64,000 nucleotides of DNA from Gammaproteobacteria bacterium (GTDB lineage Bacteria > Pseudomonadota > Gammaproteobacteria > Ga0077554 > Ga007554). The stretch is from NCBI GenBank assembly GCA_021731145.1, contig JAKFXX010000007.1, forward strand, positions 72,108 to 136,107, written 5' to 3'. Below, piece after piece: positions 56,269-64,000 of this stretch (position 1 is its first letter; each line of letters starts with the position of its first letter). A program made the position numbers and the translations under genes. The notes under the pieces were generated by a model, which worked only from the letters and a program-made list of their open reading frames with translations, was not told the DNA's origin and ran no database searches.

Positions 56269-57576
56269 ATGACCACAACCAAAATCATCGTCCTTGACGA
56301 CGACCCCACCGGTTCACAGACAGTTCACGGTTGCCTGTTGCTTACGCGTTGGGATGTCGATGCCCTCAAAGAGGCGCTGGCCGATGCCGCGCCGCTGTTC
56401 TTCGTGCTTACCAACACGCGAGGCATGAGTGCCGAGCGTGCTGCGCAAGTGACGCGTGATGTGTGCCGCAATCTGAAAATAGCGTTGGATGGAACGGGTA
56501 TCAACCCGGTGCTGGTGAGCCGCTCCGATTCAACGCTGCGCGGACACTACCCGGTCGAAACCGATGTGATCGCCGCAGAACTCGGGCCATTCGACGCGCA
56601 TTTTCTTGTGCCTGCTTTCTTTGAGGGCGGGCGCGTTACCCGCGACAGCATTCATTACCTCAAAGTGAATGGCGTGGATGTCCCCGTGCATGAAACCGAG
56701 TTTGCACGCGACTCGGTGTTCGGCTACCGCCACAGCTACCTGCCCGATTATGTGGAAGAGAAGACGGGCGGCCGTATTTTCGCAGGCGAAGTTGAGCGTT
56801 TTCTGCTGGCGGATATCCGTCATGGCGTACTTGACAGGTTGCTGGCCCTGGAAGGCAATCGTTGTGGCGTGGTGGATGCCGAGAATTACGACGACCTGGC
56901 GCGCTTCACGGCGGATGTGCGCGTGGCGGCAGGTCAGGGCAAGCGATTCCTGTTCCGTAGCGCGGCGAGTCTGGTGAAGGCGCTGGCTGATTTGCCGCCC
57001 CAGCCTGTGGCTGCCGAGGCGATGAGCCGTTTCACGCGCAACCATCGTCCTGGTGCCGTGATTGTTGGCTCACACGTAGACAAGAGCAGCCGCCAGTTGG
57101 CACGGCTGTTGGAAGAGACCGGCGTGAGAGGTGTTGAGGTCGATGTGCGCCGCATTCCCCATGAGAGCGCGGCAGTACTGCAAGATGCGCTGCGTGAGGC
57201 CGAGGCCGCCTTCGTTACCGGTAAGACAGCGGTGATTTACACCCGTCGCGGCGAGGTGCAATTCCCCGGTCAGGCCGCGCGCCTGGCCTTCGGCGAGGCC
57301 GTATCAGCGCTGTTAATGGACGTGATACGCAACCTGCCACAAGATCTGGGTTTCCTGATCGGCAAGGGCGGCATCACCTCCAACGACATGCTGAGCACCG
57401 GCCTCGCATTACGCGCTGCTCGCGTGCTCGGCCAGGTCGCGCCCGGTGTTTCGGTGGTGCGCTGCCCTGCCGATCATCCACGTTTTCCGGATATGCCGGT
57501 GGTGATTTTTCCGGGGAATGTGGGGGATGACGATACGCTGGCGCTGGTGTGTCGGCGGTTTATGTTGCCCGGCTAA
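56269..57576 (+). CDS. Four-carbon acid sugar kinase family protein (OtnK-like, DUF1537/DUF1357)
   Basis: The N-terminus (KIIVLDDDPTGSQTVHGC) is characteristic of the family. Confidence 0.7.
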   Translation: MTTTKIIVLDDDPTGSQTVHGCLLLTRWDVDALKEALADAAPLFFVLTNTRGMSAERAAQVTRDVCRNLKIALDGTGINPVLVSRSDSTLRGHYPVETDVIAAELGPFDAHFLVPAFFEGGRVTRDSIHYLKVNGVDVPVHETEFARDSVFGYRHSYLPDYVEEKTGGRIFAGEVERFLLADIRHGVLDRLLALEGNRCGVVDAENYDDLARFTADVRVAAGQGKRFLFRSAASLVKALADLPPQPVAAEAMSRFTRNHRPGAVIVGSHVDKSSRQLARLLEETGVRGVEVDVRRIPHESAAVLQDALREAEAAFVTGKTAVIYTRRGEVQFPGQAARLAFGEAVSALLMDVIRNLPQDLGFLIGKGGITSNDMLSTGLALRAARVLGQVAPGVSVVRCPADHPRFPDMPVVIFPGNVGDDDTLALVCRRFMLPG

Positions 57577-59045
57577 TGAAAACATTGGCGTCAGATACTC
57601 AGGCATTAATCACTGCCTTGCACCGCATCCTGCCTTCCAGTGCCGTTTTGTCCGACGCGGAAGATCTGCGCCCTTACGAATGTGACGGTCTATCCGCTTA
57701 CCGTGAACTGCCGCTGGCGGTGTGCCTGCCGGAGACGGTGGAGCAGGTGCGCGCGGTGTTGCGTGTATGCCATGACATGAACGTGCCTGTGGTGGCGCGC
57801 GGTGCGGGCACGGGTTTGTCGGGCGGGGCGCTGCCGCTGGCCAATGGCGTGGTGTTGAGCCTGGCTAAATTCATGCGCATTCTTGAAGTTGACCCTGCAA
57901 ACCGCATTGCCCGCGTACAGCCGGGAGTGAGGAATCTCGCCATCTCGCAAGCCGCCGCGCCCTATGGATTGTATTACGCACCCGACCCTTCCTCGCAAAT
58001 CGCCTGCACCATTGGTGGCAATGTGGCGGAAAATTCCGGCGGGGTGCATTGCCTGAAATACGGCCTCACAGTGCATAACGTGCTGGGGTTGAAGGTGCTG
58101 ACCATGGACGGCGAGTTGCTGGAAATCGGCGGTGCCGCACTGGATGCCCCAGGCTACGATCTGCTTGCGCTGATGACCGGTTCAGAAGGGCTGTTGGGGG
58201 TGATCGTGGAAGTCACCGTGAAGTTGTTGCCCAAGCCCGAGCGTGCCCAGGTGGTGCTGGCGGCCTTCGACGATGTGGTGAAGGCGGGCGAGGCGGTGGG
58301 CAGCATCATTGGTGCGGGCATCGTCCCTGGCGGCCTGGAGATGATGGACAATCTGGCGATCCGTGCCGCTGAAGACTTCATTCACGCAGGCTATCCGGTG
58401 GACGCCGCCGCGATTCTGTTGTGCGAGGTGGACGGCGCGAACGAAGAAGTGTCCGATCAGATACTCAAGGTGCGCGAGATATTGAAGCAGGCGGGCGCGA
58501 CCGAGGTGCGTACTGCGCGCGGTGAGGCCGAGCGCCTCAAGTTCTGGGCGGGGCGCAAGGCCGCGTTTCCGGCAGTGGGGCGCATCTCGCCTGATTATTA
58601 CTGCATGGATGGCACTATCCCGCGCAAGCGTCTTTCCGAGGTGCTCTCGCGTATCGCCGAACTCTCGAAAGAATACGGCCTGCCGGTTGCCAATGTCTTT
58701 CACGCCGGAGACGGCAATTTGCACCCATTGATCCTGTATGACGCCAACAAGCCCGGCGAGCTGGAGCGCACCGAAGAATTCGGCGGCAAGATCCTCGACC
58801 TGTGCGTTGCAGTGGGCGGCACCATTACCGGCGAGCATGGCGTGGGCATGGAGAAGATCGGCCAGATGTGCCATCAATTCGCGCCCGCCGAGCTAACCCA
58901 GTTTCACGCAGTCAAACATGCGTTTGATCCGCAAGGTTTGCTCAACCCAGGCAAGGCTGTGCCCACCCTGCACCGCTGTGCCGAGTTCGGTGCCATGCAC
59001 GTGCATGGCGGCAAATTGTCTCATCCTGAATTGGAGCGGTTTTGA
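57576..59045 (+). CDS. glcD: Glycolate oxidase FAD-linked subunit GlcD
   Basis: It has an FAD-binding PCMH domain (VVARGAGTGLSGGALP). Its start overlaps the previous stop (TAATG). Confidence 0.9.
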   Translation: MKTLASDTQALITALHRILPSSAVLSDAEDLRPYECDGLSAYRELPLAVCLPETVEQVRAVLRVCHDMNVPVVARGAGTGLSGGALPLANGVVLSLAKFMRILEVDPANRIARVQPGVRNLAISQAAAPYGLYYAPDPSSQIACTIGGNVAENSGGVHCLKYGLTVHNVLGLKVLTMDGELLEIGGAALDAPGYDLLALMTGSEGLLGVIVEVTVKLLPKPERAQVVLAAFDDVVKAGEAVGSIIGAGIVPGGLEMMDNLAIRAAEDFIHAGYPVDAAAILLCEVDGANEEVSDQILKVREILKQAGATEVRTARGEAERLKFWAGRKAAFPAVGRISPDYYCMDGTIPRKRLSEVLSRIAELSKEYGLPVANVFHAGDGNLHPLILYDANKPGELERTEEFGGKILDLCVAVGGTITGEHGVGMEKIGQMCHQFAPAELTQFHAVKHAFDPQGLLNPGKAVPTLHRCAEFGAMHVHGGKLSHPELERF

Positions 59046-59046
59046 C

Positions 59047-60114
59047 ATGACGCCTGATACCGACATCAGTGCCGCGCTCCAGGCCAATCTGCTGGAGGCC
59101 ATTGCACAAGGCAGCCCCGTGCAGATTGTGAGCGGCGGCAGCAAGACCTTTTATGGCCGCGCGCCACAGGGTGAACCTCTGTCCGTGACAGGGCACCGAG
59201 GCGTGATCAGCTATGAGCCGACCGAGTTGGTCATCACCGCCCGTGCGGGCACCCGGCTCGCCGATGTCGAGGCCTTGCTCGCCGAGCACAACCAGATGCT
59301 GCCTTTCGAGCCGCCCCATTTCACAGGTAACGCTACTTTGGGTGGCGCCATTGCCACCGGCCTGTCCGGCCCACGTCGGCCCTATGCAGGCAGTGCGCGC
59401 GATTTCGTGTTGGGTATCAAGGTGCTGACCGGCAAGGGCGAGATCCTGAGTTTCGGTGGACAAGTGATGAAAAATGTCGCGGGTTTTGATGTGTCGCGCT
59501 TCATGGCGGGTAGCCTGGGCACACTGGGCATTTTGCTGGAGATTTCTCTTAAAGTCCTGCCGCGTCCTGAGTCTGAACAGACCCTGCTATTCGAATGCTC
59601 AGCCCTTGAGGCTATCCAGCGCATGAACGCCTGGGCAGGCCAGCCGCTGCCTCTCTCCGGCGCGGTGTTTGATGGCGGGAGGCTGTATTTGCGCCTTTCA
59701 GGAAGCACGGCGGCGCTGAATGCCGCGCGTGAAAAGCTGGGGGGGGAATTATTTGCCGATGGTCCTGCCTTTTGGCGTGATGCGCGAGATCACACATGCA
59801 CCTTCTTTCAGGGCGATGCCCCGTTGTGGCGAGTATCGGTGCCCGCCGCAACACCGCCGCTCGACCTGCCTGGAGAATGGCTGATAGACTGGGGTGGCGC
59901 TCAGCGCTGGCTCAAGACAAGCTGCGCACCCGCGACGATCCGTGAGCTCACCGCCAAGGCAGGCGGCCATGCCACGCTGTTTCGTGGTGGCGACCGCCAG
60001 GGGGCAGTGTTTCACCCCTTGCCCCCGGCTTTAATGGCCCTGCACCGGCGGCTCAAGGCGGCGTTCGATCCTCACGGGATTCTCAACTTGGGTAGGATGT
60101 ATTCGGATTTGTGA
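59047..60114 (+). CDS. glcE: Glycolate oxidase FAD-binding subunit GlcE
   Basis: It has an FAD-binding domain and follows glcD with a 1-bp gap. Confidence 0.85.
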   Translation: MTPDTDISAALQANLLEAIAQGSPVQIVSGGSKTFYGRAPQGEPLSVTGHRGVISYEPTELVITARAGTRLADVEALLAEHNQMLPFEPPHFTGNATLGGAIATGLSGPRRPYAGSARDFVLGIKVLTGKGEILSFGGQVMKNVAGFDVSRFMAGSLGTLGILLEISLKVLPRPESEQTLLFECSALEAIQRMNAWAGQPLPLSGAVFDGGRLYLRLSGSTAALNAAREKLGGELFADGPAFWRDARDHTCTFFQGDAPLWRVSVPAATPPLDLPGEWLIDWGGAQRWLKTSCAPATIRELTAKAGGHATLFRGGDRQGAVFHPLPPALMALHRRLKAAFDPHGILNLGRMYSDL

Positions 60115-60147
60115 TCCAGTCATCAACGGTAAGCAAGGAGGTTGTGT

Positions 60148-60801
60148 ATGAGTGAACTGACTCTTGTTATCGGCAACAAAAACTATTCGTCCTGGTCACT
60201 GCGTCCCTGGTTGCTGTTGAGTCACGCCGGCATTCCTTTTAAGGAAATAAGAATCCCTTTGTATGTCGGGGACTGGCAGGCGGAAATGCTCAAATATTCG
60301 CCATCGGGCAAGGTGCCCGCCTTGCGGGATGGTGGCCTGACAGTATGGGATTCGCTGGCGATCTGTGAATACATTGCAGAGCAGCTTCCCGAACACCTGC
60401 TTTGGCCAAAGGACAAGGAAGCGCGCGCGGTGGCACGTTCGGTGAGTGCGGAGATGCACTCCGGCTTTGCCAACCTGCGCCAGAATATGACCATGAATTG
60501 CCGGAAACACTATCCTGGAAAGGGCCGTGCGCCCGGCGTGCAGGAGGACATCGACCGCATTACGGCCATTTGGAATGACTGCCGCGCCCGTTTCGGCACT
60601 GGCGGGGATTTTCTGTTCGGTCAATTCAGTATCGCCGACGCCATGTTCGCGCCGGTGACCACGCGCTTTATTACCTACGACGTGCCGCTCGATCCGGTAA
60701 GCGCCGCGTATGTCAAAGCGGTGCAGGCCTTGCCCGCCATGCAGGAGTGGTATGCCGCAGCACGCGATGAAACTGAAGTGATTGAGCAATACGAGCACTA
60801 A
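60148..60801 (+). CDS. Glutathione S-transferase family protein
   Basis: AGGAGG lies 6 bp upstream of ATG 60148. It has a GST N-terminal thioredoxin-like fold (LVIGNKNYSSWSLRPWLLL) and a GST C-terminal domain. Confidence 0.8.
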   Translation: MSELTLVIGNKNYSSWSLRPWLLLSHAGIPFKEIRIPLYVGDWQAEMLKYSPSGKVPALRDGGLTVWDSLAICEYIAEQLPEHLLWPKDKEARAVARSVSAEMHSGFANLRQNMTMNCRKHYPGKGRAPGVQEDIDRITAIWNDCRARFGTGGDFLFGQFSIADAMFAPVTTRFITYDVPLDPVSAAYVKAVQALPAMQEWYAAARDETEVIEQYEH

Positions 60802-60836
60802 ATTAGTAGATCGCAAGCAGGCAAATAAAATACCCC

Positions 60837-60892
60837 GTAGGGTGCGCCGTGCGCACCAATCTGCAAATACTGGTGCGCACGGCGCACCCTAC
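60837..60892. repeat. REP-like palindrome (22-bp arms) between the GST gene and glcF
   Basis: gtagggtgcgccgtgcgcacca (60837-60858) pairs with tggtgcgcacggcgcaccctac (60871-60892). It belongs to the same family as 4210-4262. Confidence 0.8.
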
Positions 60893-60948
60893 ATCTGACC
60901 CTCGCCCCTCTTGAGCAAAGAGGGGCATACGATTTTTGTGAACCATTC

Positions 60949-62172
60949 ATGCAAACCCAGCTTAGCGATTCCATCAAAAATACCCCACAAGGCCAGGAGG
61001 CCGACAGCATTCTGCGCGCCTGCGTGCATTGCGGTTTCTGCACGGCCACTTGTCCCACGTACCAATTGCTGGGCGATGAGCTGGATGGCCCGCGCGGCCG
61101 CATCTATCTCATCAAGGGGATGCTGGAAGGCGAGACGGTCAGCCGCAAGACCCAGCTCCATCTTGACCGCTGCCTGACCTGCCGCGCCTGCGAGACCACA
61201 TGTCCCTCGGGTGTGCAGTATGGCCGGTTGGTGGATATAGGGCGGGCCGTGGCAGAAGAGCGCGTGGCTCGCCCATGGCGGGAGCGCGTCACGCGCCGTT
61301 TGCTGCGTGCGGTGATTCCTTATTCCAGCCGTTTCGCTCCGCTTTTGAGGTTGGGTCAGGTGGTGCGGCCGTTGTTGCCGACAGCTATGCGCGCTTCCAT
61401 ACCGTCGCGTCAGCCCTCTACCCTCTGGCCCGCGCCTCGCCACACCCGGAAAATGATGGTGCTGGATGGCTGTGCGCAACCTGCCATCGCTCCCAACATC
61501 AACGCCGCCGCAGCGCGCGTGCTGGATCGTCTGGGCATCTCACTGCTACGCGCCGATAGGGCAGTCTGCTGTGGAGCGGTGAGTCATCATCTCAATGCTC
61601 ACGAAGAAGGCATGGATTTCATGCGCCGCAACATCGACGCCTGGTGGCCGCATGTCGAAGCGGGCGCGGAGGCCATAGTCATGACTGCCAGCGGCTGTGG
61701 CGCCCTGGTAAAGGAATACGGCCACATCCTGCGCCATGATCCGGCCTATGCCGAAAAAGCCGCGCGTGTTTCTACGCTTACCCGGGATATTTCCGAGATA
61801 CTGCTGGCTGAAAAGGACAGCCTGGCAAAACACTTCAGCAACTCTAAGAGCCAGAGGCTCGCTTTTCATTCGCCCTGCACCTTGCAGCATGGCCAAAAAC
61901 TGCCCGGCGTTGTGGAGGATATCCTGCAAACCTGTGGCTACCAGCTCACCCCCGTGCCTGACGCGCATCTGTGCTGCGGTTCGGCGGGCACCTATTCCAT
62001 CTTGCAAAAAGAGCTTTCCCAGCAACTGCTGCAAAATAAACTCACCGCGTTGCAGTCCGGCGCGCCCGCAGTCATCACCACTGCCAACATCGGTTGCCTG
62101 ACCCATTTGCAAAGCCGGTCGGATGTGCCGGTCAGGCATTGGGTTGAGTTATTGGACACTGGCGCAGAATAA
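60949..62172 (+). CDS. glcF: Glycolate oxidase iron-sulfur subunit GlcF
   Basis: It has two 4Fe-4S ferredoxin motifs (CVHCGFCTATCP; CLTCRACETTCP) plus CCG domains. Confidence 0.9.
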   Translation: MQTQLSDSIKNTPQGQEADSILRACVHCGFCTATCPTYQLLGDELDGPRGRIYLIKGMLEGETVSRKTQLHLDRCLTCRACETTCPSGVQYGRLVDIGRAVAEERVARPWRERVTRRLLRAVIPYSSRFAPLLRLGQVVRPLLPTAMRASIPSRQPSTLWPAPRHTRKMMVLDGCAQPAIAPNINAAAARVLDRLGISLLRADRAVCCGAVSHHLNAHEEGMDFMRRNIDAWWPHVEAGAEAIVMTASGCGALVKEYGHILRHDPAYAEKAARVSTLTRDISEILLAEKDSLAKHFSNSKSQRLAFHSPCTLQHGQKLPGVVEDILQTCGYQLTPVPDAHLCCGSAGTYSILQKELSQQLLQNKLTALQSGAPAVITTANIGCLTHLQSRSDVPVRHWVELLDTGAE

Positions 62173-62357
62173 CGATATTTCTTTTTGAGGCGTTTCCCAT
62201 TCAGCTTCGGTTCAGCTTGACCGAGGTAATCTGTACCCAAGCTGGAAGAAAATCCAGCCAAGCTGAAGGAGCAATGAGCGTAGGCCAGCTCTCTATACGG
62301 TCGGTGAATACGTTGGGTCACCGGTATGTTACTCGGTAATTTGATTAGGAGAAGATA

Positions 62358-62690
62358 ATGAAAGTTCAAGCGCTTGTTCTGGGTGCCGCTCTGTCGGTTG
62401 CTGCGTTGCCGTCTTTTGCTGCTGAAGGCCTGGATCTGGCCAAGGCCAGTGGTTGCCTGGCGTGCCACAGCGTAGAGAAGAAAGTTGTTGGTCCTGCCTG
62501 GCAGGATGTTGCCAACAAGTACAAAGGTGATGCAGGCGCCAAGGCTGCCCTGATCGCCAAGGTTAAGGCTGGCGGCAAGGGCAACTGGACTGCCGTAACT
62601 GGCGGTGTACCAATGCCTCCCTACTCCCCTCGCGTTGCCGATGCGGATATCGAGAAGCTGGTAACCTTCGTGTTGGGTCTGGCCAAGTAA
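62358..62690 (+). CDS. Class I cytochrome c (c551/c552-like)
   Basis: It has a signal peptide, a CLACH heme-binding motif, a distal Met (GVPMPP) and a GGAG-type RBS. Confidence 0.85.
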   Translation: MKVQALVLGAALSVAALPSFAAEGLDLAKASGCLACHSVEKKVVGPAWQDVANKYKGDAGAKAALIAKVKAGGKGNWTAVTGGVPMPPYSPRVADADIEKLVTFVLGLAK

Positions 62691-62706
62691 TAGCCGGATA
62701 ACACCG

Positions 62707-62755
62707 CCTCCCTCGCGTAGCGCCTTTTCGGGCGCTGCGCGAGGGAGGTTTTTTT
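62707..62755 (+). terminator. Rho-independent terminator after the cytochrome c gene
   Basis: The stem cctccctcgcg (62707-62717) pairs with cgcgagggagg (62738-62748), with an inner gcgcc/ggcgc stem, followed by ttttttt. Confidence 0.85.
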
Positions 62756-62910
62756 ATGGCTGATGAAAAGGCCGACTGTTTATTATTTTCAATATCTTAC
62801 GATCAATTCACGGCTCCTTTTTGGCCCCATTCAGCCTCTGTTCAGCCTCGATGAGATAGCCTGTAATCGCCTGCAATAATCAGGCGTGCCAACTACCGGA
62901 GGAGATAACA

Positions 62911-63519
62911 ATGAAGCCCTCAATGCTTGTTCTAGGTCTGGCCTTATCATCCCTTGCCGTTTCGTCTAATGCCGTCGCCGGCGATGATAATGACCGCTAT
63001 GATCGTTCCTATGGCAGGGGCTATCATAATGGCGATTATGGGCGCCATGAGCGTCACGGCCATCATGGTCGTCGCTCTGATGATTTTGCCAGAGTGATTG
63101 ATGTCGATCCCATCATCGAAATTTCGCGCACGCCGTACAATCGGCAGCAATGTTGGGATGAGCAGGTAACTTATTCCGGACGCAGCCGCCATGATGCTGC
63201 GGGTGCGATGATTCTTGGCGGCATAGTGGGTGGCGTGGTTGGCAATCAGGTGGGCGAAGGGCGTGGCAGGGATGTCGCCACATTGCTTGGGACGCTGGTG
63301 GGCGCCTCCATCGGCCATGACATGAGCGGGAGAAACGCGCCCCCCACTCCCGTAGTGAACCAGCGCTGCCGCAACATCACCCAGTATGATGAAAGCGAGC
63401 GTGTTGCTGGTTACCGCGTGACGTACTCTTATAGGGGGCAAACCTATGTAACGCGCACCGACAGTCATCCCGGCTCGATGATCAGAGTCAGTTCGGCGGT
63501 TACGTCGTATGACGATTGA
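62911..63519 (+). CDS. Glycine-zipper 2TM domain protein (Rick_17kDa_Anti/SlyB-like) with a His/Arg/Asp-rich N-terminal region
   Basis: It has a signal peptide and a glycine zipper (GAMILGGIVGGVVGNQVGEG...LLGTLVGASIG). Confidence 0.75.
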   Translation: MKPSMLVLGLALSSLAVSSNAVAGDDNDRYDRSYGRGYHNGDYGRHERHGHHGRRSDDFARVIDVDPIIEISRTPYNRQQCWDEQVTYSGRSRHDAAGAMILGGIVGGVVGNQVGEGRGRDVATLLGTLVGASIGHDMSGRNAPPTPVVNQRCRNITQYDESERVAGYRVTYSYRGQTYVTRTDSHPGSMIRVSSAVTSYDD

Positions 63520-63808
63520 GATTTCGAGGTGGATTGCCCGTATATTACAAGGTGGTGTGCTGGCAGCACTATTGGTAGTGTGGGTAATGCCCGCCCACGC
63601 CGCCCTCCGGGTCGCGGATCATCAACGGCGGCAATTGACGCTCGATGATGCCGTCGCCGAGGTGCGTCAGGCAACGGCGGGGCGGGTGGTGTCGGCGGAT
63701 GCGGCGGAGATACAGGGACGAGCGATGTTTCGTATCAAGGTGCTCACCACCTCCGGGCAGGTGCGTATCTTCATGGTCGAGCCGGAGGGCGGTAAACGGT
63801 TTGAATAA
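63509..63808 (+). CDS. PepSY domain protein
   Basis: It has a signal or transmembrane segment followed by a PepSY-like fold (DDAVAEVRQATAGRVVSADAAEIQGRAMFRIKVLTTSGQVRIFMV). Confidence 0.7.
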   Translation: MTIEISRWIARILQGGVLAALLVVWVMPAHAALRVADHQRRQLTLDDAVAEVRQATAGRVVSADAAEIQGRAMFRIKVLTTSGQVRIFMVEPEGGKRFE

Positions 63809-63829
63809 ACCTAAAAACCTCAGATGTAA

Positions 63830-63960
63830 GCCACAGAGTTCACAGAGAACACAGAGGTGATACGGGTTCTGCGTGTTTATTCTGATCACCGGGCGGGTGA
63901 GGAAAAAATCCACCGTAACTCATGAGTTTTTCTTCTGTGAACTCTGTGTTCTCTGTGGCT
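63830..63960. repeat. Inverted repeat built from CACAGAG triplets, flanking a 77-bp spacer
   Basis: gccacagagttcacagagaacacagag (63830-63856) is inverted relative to ttctgtgaactctgtgttctctgtggc (63934-63960). The spacer contains the hairpin ggtgat...atcacc. A T-run follows the right arm. Confidence 0.6.
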
Positions 63961-64000
63961 AACCGCTTTTTTTAGAATAACGAGCGAAGGGTGGGCGATG

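Noticed and set aside
1-64000. Search for CRISPR arrays, rRNA and tRNA genes
   Set aside because: I saw no regularly spaced direct repeats with unique spacers, no rRNA-like conserved blocks and no clover-leaf candidates in the intergenic regions by eye. I could not run tRNAscan or Infernal, so this is unverified.

Overview
This 64 kb window is a high-GC chromosomal segment, probably from a betaproteobacterium. That assignment rests on PEP-CTERM proteins and the gene runs rsmB-DUF4390-ntrYX, glcDEF and a split nrdJ, which together suggest a Nitrosomonadales-like organism. It has two parts. The first 32 kb is an accessory cell-envelope region. It begins with the C-terminus of a PEP-CTERM protein followed by a 158-nt nested palindrome, then a secreted PstS-fold protein. 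Next comes a two-partner secretion pair: a TpsB transporter and a 3454-aa filamentous-hemagglutinin-type TpsA. Then there is a contiguous 17 kb block that I interpret as a previously undescribed composite system. It contains a DUF2341-LamG-ExbB/TolQ fusion, an ExbD/TolR, a TonB-like protein, a 512-aa outer-membrane barrel and a secreted coiled-coil protein. It also contains a PEP-CTERM-type CAAX (CPBP) protease, a DsbA lipoprotein, and an MSH/T2SS-like type IV filament machine. The filament machine comprises a GspF-like platform and a GspE/MshE ATPase with tandem MshEN c-di-GMP motifs. It also has PilM/N/O/P-like proteins and a TPR-secretin lipoprotein that carries a C-terminal cohesin-like domain. 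Four pseudopilins complete it. The remaining 32 kb is core genome: topA-smg-dprA, a LysM protein, def-fmt-rsmB, DUF4390-ntrY-ntrX, trkA-trkH, split class II RNR nrdJa/nrdJb with a NrdR box, a small low-GC islet (truncated P-loop ATPase plus a wHTH-GHKL-STAS protein), an IclR-regulated transketolase-like/sugar-acid kinase module, comEA, glcD-glcE-GST-glcF, cytochrome c, a glycine-zipper protein and a PepSY protein. Several intergenic regions carry two small dispersed repeat families: REP-like palindromes with TGTAGG...CCTACA termini, and a second roughly 60-bp element. I found no rRNA, tRNA or CRISPR array.
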